A stretch of 64,000 nucleotides of DNA from the human T2T-CHM13v2.0 reference genome, Homo sapiens: the NCBI RefSeq assembly GCF_009914755.1, contig NC_060925.1. The stretch is one strand, 5' to 3'. Position numbers and translations under genes: made by a program. Of the stretch, positions 58,157 through 64,000 are shown one piece after another; the first letter of the stretch is position 1; every line of letters begins with the position of its first letter. Under the pieces are notes generated by a model that saw only the letters and a list, made by a program, of their open reading frames with translations, had not been told where the DNA came from and made no database searches.

Positions 58157-61100
58157 GAGTCTCTGGGCCAGTGAATACAAAACATCATGTCGAGAATCAT
58201 TGGAAGATATACAGAGTTCGTATTTCAGCTTTGTTTATCCTTCCTATTAAGAGCCTCTGAGTTTTTAGTTTTAAAAGGATGAAAAGCTTATGCAACATGC
58301 TCAGCAGGAGCTTCATCAATGATATATGCTATCTCAGATCTAAAGGTATATTTTCATTCTATAATTATGTTACATAAAAGCAATGTAAATCAGAATAAAT
58401 ATGTTAGACCAGAATAAAATTAATTATATTCTGGTCTCCAAAGGACACACAGAACAGATATCAGCAGAATCACTTAATATTTCATAGAACAAAAATCACT
58501 CAAAACCTGTCTATAACCAAAGAATTCATGAAAAAGCCTTTGTCATTTGTCTTAGAAAGTTATTTTTTAAAAAAATCATGCTTACTATTAGTATCTATGG
58601 AAGTATATGTAACAATTTTTATGTAAAGGTCATCTTTCTGTGATAGTGAAAAAATATGTCTTTACTAAGTTGAAATGAATACTTTCTGCCTTTGCTAATG
58701 ATAGTTATTCTATAATCTCCACAAGAAAAACATACCTTTTATCCAGAAATATTGGTTTAAGGCAAATAAATAAAACTGTGCTTGCTCTAAAGCTCTGCAC
58801 TACAAAAGCAAATTTTCCAGTCTTTATTCCACTCATAACCACTGCTTTCCCCACCAGGCTAAAGTGCTTCTTAGTCTTTAGGTAGGGTTTTGAACTTCAT
58901 AAGGTACACCGTTGTTCATGTTTTAGGGTGCAGGTCTGTATAGTTGTAATACTTAAAATACTGCTATACTGATGCTTTTGTGGCTCATGGTTTCCTGCTG
59001 TCTTTGATTTAACACCTGGCTTCCTGGTATCTATGACTGGTTAAATATCTAAACCTGCATTATTAGTGCTTTACAATAATAATTCCCTTGACTGAAGTCC
59101 AGAAGTACTAAAGTACTTCTTTTTTATTGCTGTGAATGCCTTAGACTTACCTTCAAAAGTAGGATACTTCATTTCTATTGCATATATAACTGAAATATTT
59201 TATAAACTCACTGTAATCAAATCTTATAAAATCTGAATCGACACGAAAAGTTGTCAGTGCTTGAATGAAATACTAAAATCATGCCACAGGATACTAGATA
59301 ATGTAAATGACCATGATGTGTCCTTGGAGCTGATGGGTGTAGTGTCCCACTGCTCACAGGGCAACAACTTTAATAACAGAAGCAAAAAGTGGTGGTGTGG
59401 AACCCAAGATTCTTGGCGACTAGGGGATTTAAAGGTTGGGGAGGAGGAATTCAATGATTTGAAAAGAAATACTTTATAAAAATTTGCTCCATGTATTGGC
59501 TAAGAAAAATATAATAAAATTTTGGTAGTGAAAATTATATCGCTAATGTTTACCAGTATTACTAGTATGAATAATACACATAAGGTAGTGACTTGGAAGC
59601 TGCTCAATACTTCGTTGCTATAACAAAATGCAATATTTTGTTGTAAAGCATCTTAACTACACATATAAGTTTGCTGAACTTGAATACATCCCAGTAATGG
59701 CAAACTTTATTTTATTCTTGGTTTTCATTTTATTCTGGTCTCAGGGCCATACATTTATTTTAGTTTAATTAATTATTATTTTGACAACATTACTCGGGTG
59801 ATATCTATATAATGGTAGATAACCAATCAGTTAGCTTAATTAATCTAAACTATTTGAATTCAGGGAAATATTAGTCAAATCTGCTGTTTGACTAAATACA
59901 ATTCAAAGCAATATATTTGTGACTGGGAATATAGAACACAAGGAAACAAATGCGTAGCCCATCTGCAGTATGCATTCTTCCATTTTACAACCACTAACCA
60001 TTGAGGCTGATACAATTTTCAAGCAAGAAGCATTGCTTCCCAAAGGTAAAATAATCAGAAATATTTCTATAGTAAATTGAATTTTTAATTGGCAATACTG
60101 CTTATTTTTTTCTAGCAAAGACAATTTATTTCAGTAACCTTAAATAGGAAAAGTACTCAAAAATTAAAGTTGATTTTTTGGCTTTTTGTAGTCTCTCTAG
60201 AGGTCTTCTAGAAAATTACCACTGTTGGATTTTAATCTGCTTCCATTAACCAATCTTACAGAGATGATAAATGGATTAATACTGACCAACTATAAATTGA
60301 CTGCAAATAATAAGCCACATAAAAGCTGAAGTAGGAAAACTACTCCAAGTTTATATATTAGGCACCTTGGGGAATTCTCTTAGTCTTTCCAGCTAACAAG
60401 GATTTTCAGCATAATAAGTAGATTTAATGATGGCATAAAATTCCCAGATACTTTCATATACATTTTTTGCCAAAGTGTAAATCTTCTCCTTTTGCAGTCT
60501 TTTTATTATCCCAACATCTAGCTGCTCAGGCCCCAATCTAGAACTCATTCTGATATTTTCTTCTTCTGTATTAATTAATACTTATGGGTCATGAATCCCT
60601 GCTCCTTTGACCTTTTTAATAGCTCATGAATCCACCCCATTGCCTCCCCAACTCTGCCCACACCAGCTGCAACAGCTAATGCCTTGATTTTCCTACCTCA
60701 GTCTCCTTTTCTATTAATCCCTCTTTTGCATGGCTGCTTGAGTCCACTTTCTCAAACACAAACCTCACTATGCAACTTTGGAATCTCTGTAGGCTTACCT
60801 TTGCCATTTCTTAATATTGCATTCTCCAAATTGCTAATCTCTATCCAGTCTCTTGAACTAGACTTGGTACATGGAGATTCCGCTCAGAAAGTGCTCTTCA
60901 CACTTCTACCTGCTTGACTAACCCCAGATTATCTTTCAAGACTTTAATCTGATCTTGTGTCTTAGAGAAGCCCCCATACCTAGTAGAGCATGTACCATCT
61001 TACATGCTTAAGTAACTCCACATTTATTTGTGTTTATTACTCTGTGTTATAAATATACATTTGTTGGTCTCTCTCTTGGATTATTTTCTTTCTTTGTCCT

Positions 61101-61270
61101 GTAACTACCACTGAAAGGGTGCAATACAGATGTCTTGAAATGTGTGTTGAATGGATGAATATATAAATAAAAATGAAATTTTGTAAATTTCTACTTATTC
61201 TTAGAAAAACAATCTAAATTGTGACAAATCAGAATTGAAAAAAATATTCTAATAAAGAAAAACAAGCTTT
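58157..61270 (+). pseudogene. EMBP1: Embigin exon 9: ESLGQ* (stop 58172-58174) and long 3'UTR; end approximate
   Basis: CTCAG|GAG acceptor; GAG TCT CTG GGC CAG TGA; candidate AATAAA signals at 58765, 61166 and 61251. Confidence 0.8.
61166..61256 (+). terminator. Candidate distal polyadenylation signals (AATAAA at 61166-61171 and 61251-61256)
   Basis: Canonical hexamers followed by T-rich sequence; usage not demonstrable from sequence alone. Confidence 0.5.
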
Positions 61271-61525
61271 TATAGCTTCAGTATTTGCTTCTTTTACTTT
61301 GAAAAACACATAGAATAGTATAAAGGTCTAGTCATATTTTCTGTAATAATGAATTAGTGTCTTGTGAGCAAAACGAGTTCTAATTCTAAACTATTACTAA
61401 CTATTACACAGATTGTGTTGCTTTCAACTTATTTAAATTTCCTTTGTTCTTCATGTTTCATGGACAGTACAAATGCAAACCTTATTTTTATCCTTTATTC
61501 TAATAAGATAATGCATTGATTTTTA

Positions 61526-61822
<297 letters not shown>

Positions 61823-62419
61823 GTTCCCCCCGAAATTTAGCGATTGTATTCCTTTACATCATACAGTAGAGAGTTGATGTTTGTGTTCACTCCACTAACC
61901 TCATTCCACGTTCCCCTGCCAGTATACTTCAGAATATCTCAGATCCAATTCAAAATTTCATCTTAAAAGGTAGAATTATTTTCACAGTTTCACAGTTTAG
62001 TTTTGATTACTGAAAGCATTTCTTTCATTTTGTCTAATTGAACAAATTTATGCAAAGAATTGGGGACTTATTCCTCATTAGTATTGTTCATCTACAGGTG
62101 GAAATAAGTTCAAGTATGTGTTGCAGTATTAATTAAAGGCAAAGTGACCTACTTGTATTATATTCTGAATAAATAATGAATGAAAAATAGAAGAATGACT
62201 CAGTTATTTTAGACTCTTAAGTTATACAGATTTATGTAATGTCTATTTTGATTTTTATTAATTAACCATGAATTTATCCTACTCTAGTATTGAGAAAAAG
62301 AAAATGGAACTATGGGCCCTTCTTTCAAATGATACTTAGGAATGTATCTGCACTGTATCCAGAAGGTCAGTTACATGCCCTGTTACCAATTGAATTCTGC
62401 TTCACTAAGGATAATAATA

Positions 62420-62670
62420 ACTGACATTGAGTGCATGGCACATGATGGGCACTGTGCAAAATGCTTTGACATGTTGTGTTCATTTAATCCACACAATGGT
62501 CCTATGCTATAAAAACAGTTAATATCTACTTTTTTATAGATGAGGAAACTCCAGCTTAGAGAGATTAGGTAAGCTGTCTAAAGTCACCCTGCCTGTAAGT
62601 GTTTAGAGCTGAGATTCACATTCACGGAGTCCTCCTGAAGAACCTAGGATTAACCACTATGTTGAACAGC
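62420..62670. repeat. MIR SINE
   Basis: MIR core-like TTTTATAGATGAGGAAACT...AGAGAGATTAGGTAAGCTGTCTAAAGTCAC. Confidence 0.6.
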
Positions 62671-63094
62671 TTTGGCCTGCAAATTACATGCTTCTTAGAA
62701 AATGAGGCTATTATCTATAATCTGTATTTTTTAATATCAATTTTATTCCTTTCAACTGGTCAGTTATATCATAAATTCCACGGAATTTTTATAGAACCCA
62801 TGCTTTGCCACTCTTGTATCCCTATAGTGGTGCTGGGGAATAAAGACACATTTATTTGCCTTAGCACTCTTTCTTTCTTTTTTTTTTTTTTGTAATTTTA
62901 CTTATAAATTGGGAGGGTGGCCATAAAATTTATCATCCAACCACTGAAAGTGAAAGAAGGTGCTATTTATGATTTCCCCAGGACAACAGGCAGAAAATAC
63001 TCTCTGGTCATACATTTAGCCTGCAGAGAGAATTTAAGTACATTATGGATAGTCTGCCATAGACACAGCAGTAGCATCTGCAACAAGTGAATGA

Positions 63095-63178
63095 TAAATA
63101 TGTATACATATGTAACTAACCTGCACATTGTGCACATGTACCCTAAAACTTAAAGTATAATAATAATAAAAATAAAAC
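63095..63178 (+). mobile_element. Short L1PA 3' tip (~85 bp) with A-rich tail
   Basis: ATGTATACATATGTAACTAACCTGCACATTGTGCACATGTACCCTAAAACTTAAAGTATAATAA. Confidence 0.85.
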
Positions 63179-63671
63179 AATCAACTTTCAGGGAAATAGC
63201 CATTTTTAGAAAACATAGGGAAATAGCCATTTTAAGTAAATGTCAGGTGAGTCTCACTATAAACTGCCTATAATGAGACAGTTTAGTAAGCTTAAAGTTT
63301 TATTAATTCCCAAAAGCATCTAATAGGTTGAGATTTATTGGCATTCAAAAGTATGATTCACAAATTGTAAGAGAAGCTGGCAAAGTCATGTTTTTGCTGG
63401 CCTATGGAATGCACCGGAGAATTCTTTGGACTTGCATATCTTCTGATTCATGTGTCATAATAATAATGTCTGTGTGATTCTCAGTGAATCATGAATGCGT
63501 GATTATGCTTTTACAATAAAATTTGTTTATGAAGTCAGTGAAGATAATTCATGAATAACATTGTCAAAATTACTTTTAATCACATGATTAACCTGCAACA
63601 ACTATGTATATTATTTTTTATGTGTTGGCTTATTATGTTCAAAAACTTTGTTTATAAAAACTGATTTTGCA

Positions 63672-64000
63672 GAGGGAGGAGCCAAGATGGCCGAACAGGA
63701 ACAGCTCCGGTCTACAGCTCCCAGCGTGAGCAATGCAGAAGACGGGTGATTTCTGCATTTCCATCTGAGGTACCGGGTTCATCTCACTAGGGAGTGCCAG
63801 ACAGTGGGCGCAGGTCAGTGGGTGCAGTGCACTGTGCGTGAGCCAAAGCAGGGCGACACATTGCCTCACTCTGGAAGCGCAAGGGGTCAGGGAGTTCCCT
63901 TTCCTGGTCAAGGAAAGGGGTGACAGACGGCACCTGGAAAATCGGGTCACTCCCACCCGAATACTGCACTTTTCCAATGGGCTTAGGAAACGGCACACCA
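63672..64000 (+). mobile_element. 5'UTR of a second L1PA element, continuing beyond the window
   Basis: GAGGGAGGAGCCAAGATGGCCGAA start, preceded by a TAT|AAAAA endonuclease-like site. More CpG decay than the intronic L1HS, so an older subfamily. Confidence 0.9.

Overview
Human/primate genomic DNA. The window is dominated by a + strand, intron-containing copy of the embigin gene: a CpG-island promoter, exon 1 at 8717 and exons 3-9 at 45891-~61270. It carries an in-frame TGA in exon 4 and I could not find exon 2, so it is most likely the unprocessed pseudogene EMBP1 rather than EMB. Upstream are the 3' part of a deleted, mosaic ERV9/LTR12 provirus and old L1 fragments. The introns hold many Alu, L1, MER and MLT repeats plus several local templated duplications. 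The most unusual structure is a ~6.4 kb nested insertion in intron 1 (21383-27819). It is a full-length human-specific pre-Ta L1HS (one frameshift from intact) flanked by foreign sequence, including a complete 98-nt exon of a TRIM43/49-family gene with both splice sites. Two nested pairs of target-site duplications suggest a multi-generation 5'/3' transduction. The splice phases allow an in-frame L1 ORF0-TRIM-embigin chimera driven by the L1 antisense promoter. All family assignments are from recall and reading by eye; no database search was run.
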